Shown here piece after piece: positions 17,361 through 25,255 of a stretch of 27,841 nucleotides of DNA. Source of the stretch: an uncultured virus (IMG/VR IMGVR_UViG_3300003322_000362) (lineage: Duplodnaviria > Heunggongvirae > Uroviricota > Caudoviricetes > Crassvirales). The notes beneath the pieces are model-generated. The model had not been told where the DNA came from, ran no database searches, and was given only the letters and a program-made list of their open reading frames with translations. Position 1 is the stretch's first letter; every line of letters starts with the position of its first letter. Made by a program: the position numbers and the translations under genes. Where the stretch lies: IMG/VR virus record IMGVR_UViG_3300003322_000362; one strand, 5' to 3'.

Positions 17361-19688
17361 TTAATCTTTATTCCATTCATAACCTGTATAACCTGATACT
17401 TTCATTTGTACTCCTACAAGATATTTATTACAAGTATCTATTAAAATTTTATCAGTCTGTGTTCTTAAATCTTTATCTTTATGTTTAGTTACTATTTCAT
17501 CATGAACTTGCATTAGCCATTTAAATGGTATTTTCTCTTTTCTTATAAATTTATCTATTTCTACCATTCCTTCTTTAATCATATCAGCTTGAGTTCCTGA
17601 CATAACTGCATTTTTACTAAAACGCTCAATAGATCCTATTTCTTTAGGTCTTAATTCTCTTCCTGCTGTTCTTGCATCAATCCATGATTTAAACCAATGT
17701 CTTGAATTAGTCCTTTCATTAAATACTACATAACCATCTTTAACAGCTTTTCTACCTGTTCTATCAAGAAATTTCATAGCATCTGGAATAGCATTATAAA
17801 TACCTTCCATAGTAAGTTTAGCAAAATAAGGAGCTATATTAAGAGTTTCAGCTATTTTGCCTTCACCAGCACCATAAGTTACACCATAAGTACAATTTTT
17901 ATAAGGTTCTCTAATATCTGGAAATATCTTCTTATCTATAATAATTTTCTTAGTATTAAAAATATTTTCAACTCTTTGTTTAGTTATAGTATCTTCCTCT
18001 TCTTGAGTTAAATCAATGAATATAGATTCTCCAGATTCATTTTCTCCTATCTTTTTTCTTAAAGCAGGTTGAAGTCTATTAACTTTTAAAAGATTATATA
18101 ATTCATCATAAGCTCTTCCTTCATTCATTTCTGATAGAATATAATCTATCATTCTCTGATATGAGAAAGTAGCTAAATAACTATGAAGATCTTTATCATG
18201 AAATTCTATTAACTTCTTATCTTGAGACTTACTAGCTAGAATAACAAGTTCAGCTCCAGATAAATCTGAAGTACTCATATACCAACCGGAAGCGATCTCT
18301 TCTTTGGATAAGGTAAAGCAATTTCTAAATTTATTTTTCTTTACAATTTGTTGTGAATTAAAGAATCCTAAACCAAGTTCTCCTTTCTTATTTCTTCCTT
18401 CACCTGAAGATAATCTACCATTTTTAGTAAATTCTTGTTTATAAATAGTATGTACATTATTAGTTTTAGGCTGAAAATATCCTCTTTTAGATTTATTACC
18501 TGTTTTACCAGCTTTAACAAATTCTTTAAGAAATATTTCACCAAAAGAATTTATCTCTTTTTCTACTTCTCTATATTTTAATAAAAGATTTATAAATTTA
18601 TATACTCTTGAACTAGGATATTTAATTTTATATTGTTCTAATGCCTCTTCAGCAAAAGAATCAATCATTATTACTTCATCATCTTTTATCTTTTTCTTTT
18701 GAGGCATAGGTTCTTTTAGTATGCTAAATAATTTAACAAGTTGCTTATTAGAACTATAAGATATATTTTTATCATTAAGATTACCTATAGTCTTAGATTC
18801 TCCAAAAAGATTAAATTGTTCTCCTTCTTCTTTCTTCCTTTTTCTTGTCCAAATACCTCCTCTTAGATATTCACTTTCTTTAGAGAATTCTTTTACTATA
18901 GCATCTAATTGTAATTCTAATTCAAACTTCTTTTTCTTATTTTCATCTAAAACTGCTTTCCATTTTTCTTGATCTAAATGAATACCTTCAATATTCATAT
19001 CACCTAATATAGGTATTAGAGGCATACCTATATTAAATACTCTATAATTTAATTTATAGGTATCAAGTATTTCCTTCTGTATTTCTCTAATTTCAAGACC
19101 AGTTTGAGGATCAAAACCAGAATATATAATATGTTTAGTTTCAAATATAGATTTTTCATTCATTCGAATGAAATCATTTCTTGTATTTTTATCTTCTGGT
19201 AAATATTTACCTGTTCTCCTTAAATATGCATCTTGTAAATTATTTAATCTTCCACTACCTCTATTAATAATTTGTTCAGTTACCATTATATCTTCAAGAT
19301 TAAGTAACTCAACTCCCATTAAATATTTTATTATTCTATAATCATATTGGATATTATGACCTATAAATAATTTATCTTTATACATAGATAGAAAATCTTC
19401 TTTTACTGAAGTTTGATCTATTACTATTGATAAACCTGGAATTGCTAATTGAATTAATAAAGGAATAGCATAAAATTGATTAAGATTATTATTTTCAGTA
19501 TCTAAACCTATATTATGATTATTTTTCATCATATAGTGATATTCATTAAGACTATCTGTAATCTTAATTTTTGTATTAGAAAGAGGAGATTCAATAGGAA
19601 ACTGTCTACCTAAAGAATCAGTAACATATTGAATCTCTCCTGTTTCTTTTACGTTATGTTGTCTTCTAGTAACAAATACGTTAAGCAT
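17361..19688 (-). CDS. polA: family A DNA polymerase with 3'-5' exonuclease domain
   Basis: ExoI LDTE, ExoII GHNIQYD, ExoIII YSGFD; NGRLSS; motif A DLSGAEL; motif B R...K...YG..YG; QADMIK; motif C QVHDE. Confidence 0.95.
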   Translation of the reverse strand: MLNVFVTRRQHNVKETGEIQYVTDSLGRQFPIESPLSNTKIKITDSLNEYHYMMKNNHNIGLDTENNNLNQFYAIPLLIQLAIPGLSIVIDQTSVKEDFLSMYKDKLFIGHNIQYDYRIIKYLMGVELLNLEDIMVTEQIINRGSGRLNNLQDAYLRRTGKYLPEDKNTRNDFIRMNEKSIFETKHIIYSGFDPQTGLEIREIQKEILDTYKLNYRVFNIGMPLIPILGDMNIEGIHLDQEKWKAVLDENKKKKFELELQLDAIVKEFSKESEYLRGGIWTRKRKKEEGEQFNLFGESKTIGNLNDKNISYSSNKQLVKLFSILKEPMPQKKKIKDDEVIMIDSFAEEALEQYKIKYPSSRVYKFINLLLKYREVEKEINSFGEIFLKEFVKAGKTGNKSKRGYFQPKTNNVHTIYKQEFTKNGRLSSGEGRNKKGELGLGFFNSQQIVKKNKFRNCFTLSKEEIASGWYMSTSDLSGAELVILASKSQDKKLIEFHDKDLHSYLATFSYQRMIDYILSEMNEGRAYDELYNLLKVNRLQPALRKKIGENESGESIFIDLTQEEEDTITKQRVENIFNTKKIIIDKKIFPDIREPYKNCTYGVTYGAGEGKIAETLNIAPYFAKLTMEGIYNAIPDAMKFLDRTGRKAVKDGYVVFNERTNSRHWFKSWIDARTAGRELRPKEIGSIERFSKNAVMSGTQADMIKEGMVEIDKFIRKEKIPFKWLMQVHDEIVTKHKDKDLRTQTDKILIDTCNKYLVGVQMKVSGYTGYEWNKD

Positions 19689-19923
19689 ATAAATTAGTTA
19701 TGTATACACTTCTCTTTTTCTTTTGCATTAAACTAATTATTTTGATTCTATGTCTTATATACCAGGGAAATTTTGACCCATTTTGTAGATCGTGTTGTGG
19801 AATATATTCTACTAGTAGTCCCTTCTTCACTTCTATCCGGAAGCCAAATACTATTCTGTGAATCAAATATAGCTGACTTCTTAATAGAAAAGTAATCTCA
19901 TAATTTGGAAATATTGGAACCAT
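19681..19923 (-). CDS. hypothetical protein
   Basis: 80-aa ORF overlapping the polA start; start uncertain. Confidence 0.5.
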   Translation of the reverse strand: MVPIFPNYEITFLLRSQLYLIHRIVFGFRIEVKKGLLVEYIPQHDLQNGSKFPWYIRHRIKIISLMQKKKRSVYITNLYA

Positions 19924-19936
19924 TGTTGTACCTTTA
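19904..19936 (+). promoter_or_regulatory. Bacteroidota sigma-A type promoter, plus strand
   Basis: TTTG(19904-19907)-N21-TACCTTTA(19929-19936), 29 nt before the ATG at 19966. Confidence 0.6.
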
Positions 19937-19965
19937 CGTTAGATTTAATACTAATTATTATTGCG

Positions 19966-20085
19966 ATGGAAACTAGAATCATAAAATTAGAAACTTCATC
20001 GAGAATAGCAATTTCTCGTGAAGTAGCTATGGCTCAAATTAAGAAAGCAATAGCATTACAAAAGAAAGGGGTTGTAAAGTTCTAA
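19966..20085 (+). CDS. small 39-aa protein on the opposite strand (not in ORF track)
   Basis: METRIIKLETSSRIAISREVAMAQIKKAIALQKKGVVKF*; fills the gap, has an upstream promoter, and the plus strand turns purine-rich here like coding strands elsewhere. Confidence 0.65.
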   Translation: METRIIKLETSSRIAISREVAMAQIKKAIALQKKGVVKF

Positions 20086-20151
20086 ATACAAATAGTTGAG
20101 CGAACTATCTACATATAGTATCGAGCTGTATAGTAGCAACCCCTTTCTTTT
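20060..20151. repeat. perfect 15-bp inverted repeat with 62-bp structured spacer
   Basis: AAAAGAAAGGGGTTG (20060-20074) / CAACCCCTTTCTTTT (20137-20151). Confidence 0.9.
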
Positions 20152-20716
20152 CAAATTTTGCTATATAATCTCTTATATTTGTTAGACCATCATCTTTATT
20201 GATTTTACCATTACTTGTTAGCCACCATTTTAGATATTGAGGACAAAAATGAACTCCTAATAAAAGACCTTCCATAGTAATAGTAACACCACTAATTTCC
20301 TTGTTTATATATTTGTCATAGCCCATTAATAGAATATAAGTTCTATAATGGGCTATTGTTTTTCTCATAGCTATCTCTTGTATACCTGGAGAATTTAAAT
20401 AAGTTTGCTGACTTACTCCTGCAAATCTCTTTATCATATATGGAGAGAATTGATATTTACCTTTGAATCTTGTCTTAGGATTTATTGCTTTATAATTACC
20501 TAAAGACTCATATCTTCCTAGCTTATCTAAGAATTCTTTTACAGTTAAATACTGTATTCTGGTACTATCTGTTAATTTCTTTGTTCTAAAAGAAGGATTT
20601 AATTCTAATTTCTTTATTACTTTTCTAAATATTATACAACTTGTTTTATTACTTGCTTTACCTATTTCTATATTAACACTAACTAAAACTAATATAATTA
20701 AACATACTTTTTTCAT
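20105..20716 (-). CDS. secreted lysozyme-fold / lytic transglycosylase-like protein
   Basis: N-terminal MKK plus hydrophobic segment; ES.GNY.A.N.....GKYQF, P..QE.AM, GVTITMEGLLLGVH. Confidence 0.8.
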   Translation of the reverse strand: MKKVCLIILVLVSVNIEIGKASNKTSCIIFRKVIKKLELNPSFRTKKLTDSTRIQYLTVKEFLDKLGRYESLGNYKAINPKTRFKGKYQFSPYMIKRFAGVSQQTYLNSPGIQEIAMRKTIAHYRTYILLMGYDKYINKEISGVTITMEGLLLGVHFCPQYLKWWLTSNGKINKDDGLTNIRDYIAKFEKKGVATIQLDTICR

Positions 20717-20732
20717 TACTATTAATTAAGTG

Positions 20733-20769
20733 AAACAATAAAGGAGGTGGTATCTCTACCATCCTCCTT
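20733..20769 (-). terminator. intrinsic terminator
   Basis: Minus strand AAGGAGG-A-TGGTA-GAGA-TACCA-CCTCCTT then TATTGTTT. Confidence 0.85.
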
Positions 20770-20787
20770 CTTTTCTAACCATCTGAG

Positions 20788-21402
20788 TTAGTTTTGTTCT
20801 TCAAATACCTGATCTACTCTTACAGGTTCTGCCAAAGTAGCTCCATAATCAGCAAGCTTTGTTTCAGGTACTAGATGACCTTTAATAAAAGTATGCTTTA
20901 TTTGTGAAGCTAATACAATGGTAGATGTAGAGAAAATATAATTTCCATTTTCATCAAGACTATATGCAATTTGTCCTACAAAATCTTCCAATTTATAAGC
21001 TGTTTTTACATTCTTATTTTTTGCAAGTTCAGGAGTAATTGCAATTTGTTTTGCAGTCCTCATTGTATTCTCACGTTGATAAGCATTAGGAATAATACTT
21101 TCAGTTAATTGAATACGAAGTTCTTCACCATCAATTTTAGGTGATTCAAATACAAATTCATATTTTCCTTTTTCTTCAAGTTCATTAATAGCCTCAAGAT
21201 CTTTCTTAGAAACTCCAAGTTCTTTAAGAGATTCAAGAGTTACAGGAAACCATGCTCTACGAGTAGAGCCAAGATCAAAACGTTGATCACCGAGATTTAA
21301 TTTTGCAAGTACATTTGTTCTTTCAGATGTATTAACTACATCTACTAATTCACCTTGAAGGCCACTATTTGCAACCCTCTTTACGCTAACAATTTTAGAC
21401 AT
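20788..21402 (-). CDS. hypothetical protein
   Basis: About 204 aa if started at ATG 21402 (track starts at GTG 21432); followed by a strong terminator. Confidence 0.8.
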   Translation of the reverse strand: MSKIVSVKRVANSGLQGELVDVVNTSERTNVLAKLNLGDQRFDLGSTRRAWFPVTLESLKELGVSKKDLEAINELEEKGKYEFVFESPKIDGEELRIQLTESIIPNAYQRENTMRTAKQIAITPELAKNKNVKTAYKLEDFVGQIAYSLDENGNYIFSTSTIVLASQIKHTFIKGHLVPETKLADYGATLAEPVRVDQVFEEQN

Positions 21403-21446
21403 AAATAATATAATATTAATTTGTGCTATCACTTATAGGTAGATAA

Positions 21447-21680
21447 CTACACCTTTATGAATTGATTAATTTGTTCATTTAATACTTTTATCCTTTCTTC
21501 AAGTATTTTCACGATTTCTTTATAACATTCAATTATATAAAATGGTCTTATAGTAAGTACTCCATCATAATTTCTCCAAGTTATATCTACTTGCTTAATT
21601 TCATTAATTAATTTATAACATAAATCAATTTCAGCATTCATTTCTTGAAGTTTATTATAATTATGTTCTATAATAGTCAT
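21447..21680 (-). CDS. hypothetical protein
   Basis: 77-aa ORF, coiled-coil-like. Confidence 0.65.
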   Translation of the reverse strand: MTIIEHNYNKLQEMNAEIDLCYKLINEIKQVDITWRNYDGVLTIRPFYIIECYKEIVKILEERIKVLNEQINQFIKV

Positions 21681-21691
21681 AACTTTTCAAA

Positions 21692-22207
21692 TCATTCATT
21701 TCCACCAATAAATTCAATTCCTTTTATTTTCTTTTTCATAAATGGAGACTTACCATCTGGTCTAGGAACAATTACTTTATTGATATATTTCTGTTTAATT
21801 TTACCATTAAATAATACTTCAGCTTTATCACCATTCTTAATAAGTTTAACAGCTTTTCCTGAAATGATTCTTTTAATAGTAGGTCTTACTTTTTTACCTT
21901 TCTTATTAAAAGTAGGAGAATTATTAAATGGTCTTACATTTTTCCTATGCGATACTTGATGATTTAAAGTATTAACACTATTATAAGTACCTTGACCAAT
22001 ACCTGGAGATGGAGTTTGTCTTACAGAAATATCTCTAAGAATCTCAAAAGGCATACTCTTACCTAGTATATTAGCTTTTTCAATTTGTTTATAATGTGTA
22101 ACAACTCCTTCTTTGTTCTTAACTTCTTCTAATCTACAGTGAGATACATAATTTTTAGTACCTTTATCTTTTTTTAGTTGTCTAAAAAATTTAGTTCTCT
22201 TACTCAT
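21692..22207 (-). CDS. lysine/arginine-rich hypothetical protein
   Basis: 171-aa very basic ORF. Confidence 0.7.
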   Translation of the reverse strand: MSKRTKFFRQLKKDKGTKNYVSHCRLEEVKNKEGVVTHYKQIEKANILGKSMPFEILRDISVRQTPSPGIGQGTYNSVNTLNHQVSHRKNVRPFNNSPTFNKKGKKVRPTIKRIISGKAVKLIKNGDKAEVLFNGKIKQKYINKVIVPRPDGKSPFMKKKIKGIEFIGGNE

Positions 22208-22473
22208 TACATTTTAGATTTATTTCTTTTAATATCTTTAAAGTCAAATTCGCTACTAAATACTACTCTACCTTCAAAAGGAATATCAAGATTCTTTTTT
22301 ATTAATTTAATTAAATCTTTTTCATCTTTACTTTTCTTAAATACTTTCCTATTAAATTTAGATTGAATTCGATTAACTTCTTCTAAATGATTTGCTTCAC
22401 TAGATTTATTATCTACTCTAGCTGTTGTCTTATAAGAATGCTCCATACTTTGTTTTGTATTTTTATTAATCAT
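22207..22473 (-). CDS. basic hypothetical protein
   Basis: 88-aa ORF, TAATG coupled to the next gene. Confidence 0.65.
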   Translation of the reverse strand: MINKNTKQSMEHSYKTTARVDNKSSEANHLEEVNRIQSKFNRKVFKKSKDEKDLIKLIKKNLDIPFEGRVVFSSEFDFKDIKRNKSKM

Positions 22474-22510
22474 AATCTGGTAATATACTAGATTAACAGA
22501 TGTAAGTCAA
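22474..22510 (-). promoter_or_regulatory. candidate promoter with overlapping inverted repeat
   Basis: Minus strand TTGACT-N17-TATATT; inverted repeat AATCTGGTA(22474-82)/TACTAGATT(22486-94) covers the downstream box. Confidence 0.55.
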
Positions 22511-22542
22511 TAAAAATATATAAATAATTTTTGTTTTATTAA

Positions 22543-23127
22543 TTAAAATGGTAGATCATCTTCTATTGGATCACCTGGATTATATCTAAATAAATCACCT
22601 TGATGAATATAACTATAATTAGCCCACTTTGGTGGTAATCTATTAGTCCATATAATAGGTTTTATTTCATCTGTTACAAACCATTTATGTATAAGAGACT
22701 CCTTATAACTATCAAATATAGTTCTTTCTTGATAACCAGATGCATTAGCAAATGATTTAGGATATACATTTGATTCAGGTATCCAATGTGATATTGCTAT
22801 AAATCTATCTTTTAAATAATGATCTTGATTAAATCTAAATGAGTATTCTTTTAATAAGGCCATACTATGACACCACAACCACCATATATGTTCTCTCTTA
22901 GCTGCTACCCATTTAGTGCATTTATTATTAAATAATTCATCAAATTTATCACTACTACTTCTTCTATCTATATCCCATATAATAACTGGAGAATGTAAAT
23001 GACCTGTATTAATATAGAGTGCCATTATTAACATTTCAAAACACTCTTTCGGCATATGTTTTACTCTTTTATCATCAAGATTTATAGCACAAATATTTGG
23101 ATTAATATCTGTAACAAATATATTCAT
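22543..23127 (-). CDS. pyrimidine dimer DNA glycosylase / endonuclease V-like (Pyr_excise family)
   Basis: MNIFVTD.NP..CA..LDDKRV.HMP.E..EML, N.CT.W, L..EY..RF...H, WT.R..P.W. Confidence 0.85.
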   Translation of the reverse strand: MNIFVTDINPNICAINLDDKRVKHMPKECFEMLIMALYINTGHLHSPVIIWDIDRRSSSDKFDELFNNKCTKWVAAKREHIWWLWCHSMALLKEYSFRFNQDHYLKDRFIAISHWIPESNVYPKSFANASGYQERTIFDSYKESLIHKWFVTDEIKPIIWTNRLPPKWANYSYIHQGDLFRYNPGDPIEDDLPF

Positions 23128-23393
23128 TCATTTAATAACCTTTTTATTTTAATATTCATAATACCATCTTTATTCTGTTTAGATTTACCAAAAATAGCTT
23201 TTCTATTTCTAATTAATATTTTAGATTTATTAGATTTAGTTTTAGGTATATCCTCTTCAGATTTTTGACCTCCACCATTCATATTGACTAAATGACGATA
23301 CATATTTTTATGCAAATATGGTATTTGTCTCTTCTTATTATGACTAAACCTATAATGATAATATGAAATATCTGTAGTCTTAGGATACCACAT
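23124..23393 (-). CDS. basic hypothetical protein
   Basis: 89-aa ORF, ATGA coupled. Confidence 0.6.
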   Translation of the reverse strand: MWYPKTTDISYYHYRFSHNKKRQIPYLHKNMYRHLVNMNGGGQKSEEDIPKTKSNKSKILIRNRKAIFGKSKQNKDGIMNIKIKRLLNE

Positions 23394-23395
23394 TT

Positions 23396-23668
23396 TTAAA
23401 AATGTTTAGCATTCTTTTCAAAATTAATAGTATTAAAAACTAATAAAGCTAAATCATCTAAACATTTACAATTAATTACATCTTCATCTTTTAAATGAAT
23501 TTTATATTCTCTCTCTAAATTAATAGATAATTCTGCAAAATCGAGGCTATCAATATTTAAACTATTATGATCTATCTTAAAATCTATTTGCTCATTAGGT
23601 TCAATAAGCCATGCTTCTACTAAATGTTTTAAGATAGAAGATTTTACTCCTTCAATTGTTTTAGACAT
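23396..23668 (-). CDS. acyl carrier protein-like
   Basis: LNIDSLDFAELSINLEREYKIHLKDED matches the ACP LG.DSLD.VEL...LE.EF.I.I.DE pattern with the phosphopantetheine Ser intact. Confidence 0.85.
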   Translation of the reverse strand: MSKTIEGVKSSILKHLVEAWLIEPNEQIDFKIDHNSLNIDSLDFAELSINLEREYKIHLKDEDVINCKCLDDLALLVFNTINFEKNAKHF

Positions 23669-23915
23669 ATATTTCTTCTTGTTTTAATATACTATTAATT
23701 TCTTCTTCTATATTTTTATTTGTATCAATTGGTATAAAATGATCTGCTTGAAAAATTATATATCTAGGATAACTTTCTAATTGATAAAATTTAATATTAA
23801 AATGAGTTTCTTCACCAACTACAGTATATATTTCATTAACTTGTGGTAATTTAATATCTTCAGAAAGTTGACCAAATACTATTTTCCAATTGTCATCTAT
23901 ACATATTACTTCCAT
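23661..23915 (-). CDS. hypothetical protein
   Basis: Likely start MEVICIDD at 23915; VICID...EIYTV...Y.L....F.A..F.P pattern. Confidence 0.7.
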   Translation of the reverse strand: MEVICIDDNWKIVFGQLSEDIKLPQVNEIYTVVGEETHFNIKFYQLESYPRYIIFQADHFIPIDTNKNIEEEINSILKQEEIYV

Positions 23916-24160
23916 AATATTAGTGTTATTATAGTTAATATTGATATAATTAATATACCTATGCACATGCCCCTTATCCAAAGAAGATAGGGGTATGGTT
24001 TCACTCCTTCTTTTCTTAATATTCCAATAGCAGTATCTAATTTATCTATTATTAACAACATAGCAAATATAATACCTATATCAAGAATGAAGAAATCAGG
24101 AGCAACTTGATATGCTCCTGGTATTTGTAATATATTATTCATTTTGATATAATTGCTCAT
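23906..24160 (-). CDS. small membrane protein (2 predicted TM helices)
   Basis: FFILDIGIIFAMLLII and GMCIGILIISILTIITLILW. Confidence 0.65.
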   Translation of the reverse strand: MSNYIKMNNILQIPGAYQVAPDFFILDIGIIFAMLLIIDKLDTAIGILRKEGVKPYPYLLWIRGMCIGILIISILTIITLILWK

Positions 24161-24491
24161 TTATCTTTTTCCAAAAATCGTATCCAGGTATAGTATCCTC
24201 CCATAGAAATATACAAGTACATAAAGTATTACTATTAGTATTTGCTATATTACTCTCAAATGGATTAGCATAATTAAATAATTCTATTGTACGATAATAA
24301 TATTCTTTATCTTTCATCATTTTAATAATATCATCTAAAGCTATAATTTTATCTTCATTTGATATTCTAGGACAATTAGCAATAGCATTAATTAATTTAG
24401 TTATATTAAATAACTCTATATTTATTTTGGGCATTTTATAAATTGATAAATTCTTAATTAATTCTTTAGGAAAAATTATCCTCTTTTCCAA
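24135..24491 (-). CDS. hypothetical protein
   Basis: 118 aa, C-terminal F.W..T..G.DFW..IN motif. Confidence 0.7.
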   Translation of the reverse strand: MEKRIIFPKELIKNLSIYKMPKINIELFNITKLINAIANCPRISNEDKIIALDDIIKMMKDKEYYYRTIELFNYANPFESNIANTNSNTLCTCIFLWEDTIPGYDFWKKINEQLYQNE

Positions 24492-24718
24492 TTTTTGAGT
24501 CTTCTAACATATGAATTATGTTGAATAGTTTTATTAGGATATGTATAACAATTCTTATTTGAAGTCCATCCTTTAGTTCTAGTAATTACACGACCAACAC
24601 CAGGTTTCTTCTTCGATAAGGCCCAATATTCTGTAGTATTAGAACAACTTGAAAGAACCAGACTTAATACCACTAGCATAATAACCATTATGCTCTTCTT
24701 GTTTGTAATGTTTTTCAT
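24476..24718 (-). CDS. putative lipoprotein
   Basis: Basic N-terminus, hydrophobic stretch, lipobox LSSC. Confidence 0.7.
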   Translation of the reverse strand: MKNITNKKSIMVIMLVVLSLVLSSCSNTTEYWALSKKKPGVGRVITRTKGWTSNKNCYTYPNKTIQHNSYVRRLKNWKRG

Positions 24719-24971
24719 CTTCTTTTGTTTTTAATTTAAGACCTAATTTACCATAATTGTCATAAGTAGCAAAGCACACATGACATTTAATAACTGTATA
24801 ATCTAATAAAGCCCAACTTGTATGACCACAATTTGGACATCTTAACTCATGAGTATGAGTATATTTTGTTTCATATAATCCATTACTATCCTGTAATGGA
24901 AAATCTTCTTTATCAAACATTTCTCTTATGAATGCTTTTATAAAGCTTAATATTTTTAATGTTGTATTCAT
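24639..24971 (-). CDS. zinc-ribbon protein
   Basis: CPNCG...CHVC. Confidence 0.65.
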   Translation of the reverse strand: MNTTLKILSFIKAFIREMFDKEDFPLQDSNGLYETKYTHTHELRCPNCGHTSWALLDYTVIKCHVCFATYDNYGKLGLKLKTKEDEKHYKQEEHNGYYASGIKSGSFKLF

Positions 24972-25255
24972 TTAGTTATATTATAATATCTTATATCACC
25001 ATTTCCAAAATACTGCAAATAACAGTCTTGTTTTATAGATCTATCATTTAATAATTCAAAACAACTTATTAAATTAGTAAATCCATCTATTGTTCTTTTC
25101 TTATTAATTTCAGGATTTAATAATATTCTAAAATCTTTTGTTTGAATTCTTATGTGATTATTAGGATTATTATTAATTAGTTTTACAACATCATCTTTAC
25201 TATTTACAATTTGTTTATTATTAAAATAAGAATCAGTAAATACTATATATTCCAT
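24968..25255 (-). CDS. hypothetical protein
   Basis: 95-aa ORF, ATGA coupled. Confidence 0.65.
   Translation of the reverse strand: MEYIVFTDSYFNNKQIVNSKDDVVKLINNNPNNHIRIQTKDFRILLNPEINKKRTIDGFTNLISCFELLNDRSIKQDCYLQYFGNGDIRYYNITK

Noticed and set aside
17900..18180. Intein or intron in polA or the SF2 helicase
   Set aside because: The insertions are in frame and short, and lack C/S...HN intein termini and homing endonuclease motifs.
4789..23268. Plus-strand ORFs in the track (4789, 5279, 7742, 8057, 8564, 14188, 15571, 21645, 22178, 23056)
   Set aside because: All lie antisense to well-supported minus-strand genes and have the F/I/S/L-rich composition of shadow ORFs.
23966..23997. GC-rich hairpin CATGCCCCTTATC/GATAGGGGTATG as a terminator
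   Set aside because: It lies inside a coding region with no U-tract on the coding strand, so a function cannot be supported.
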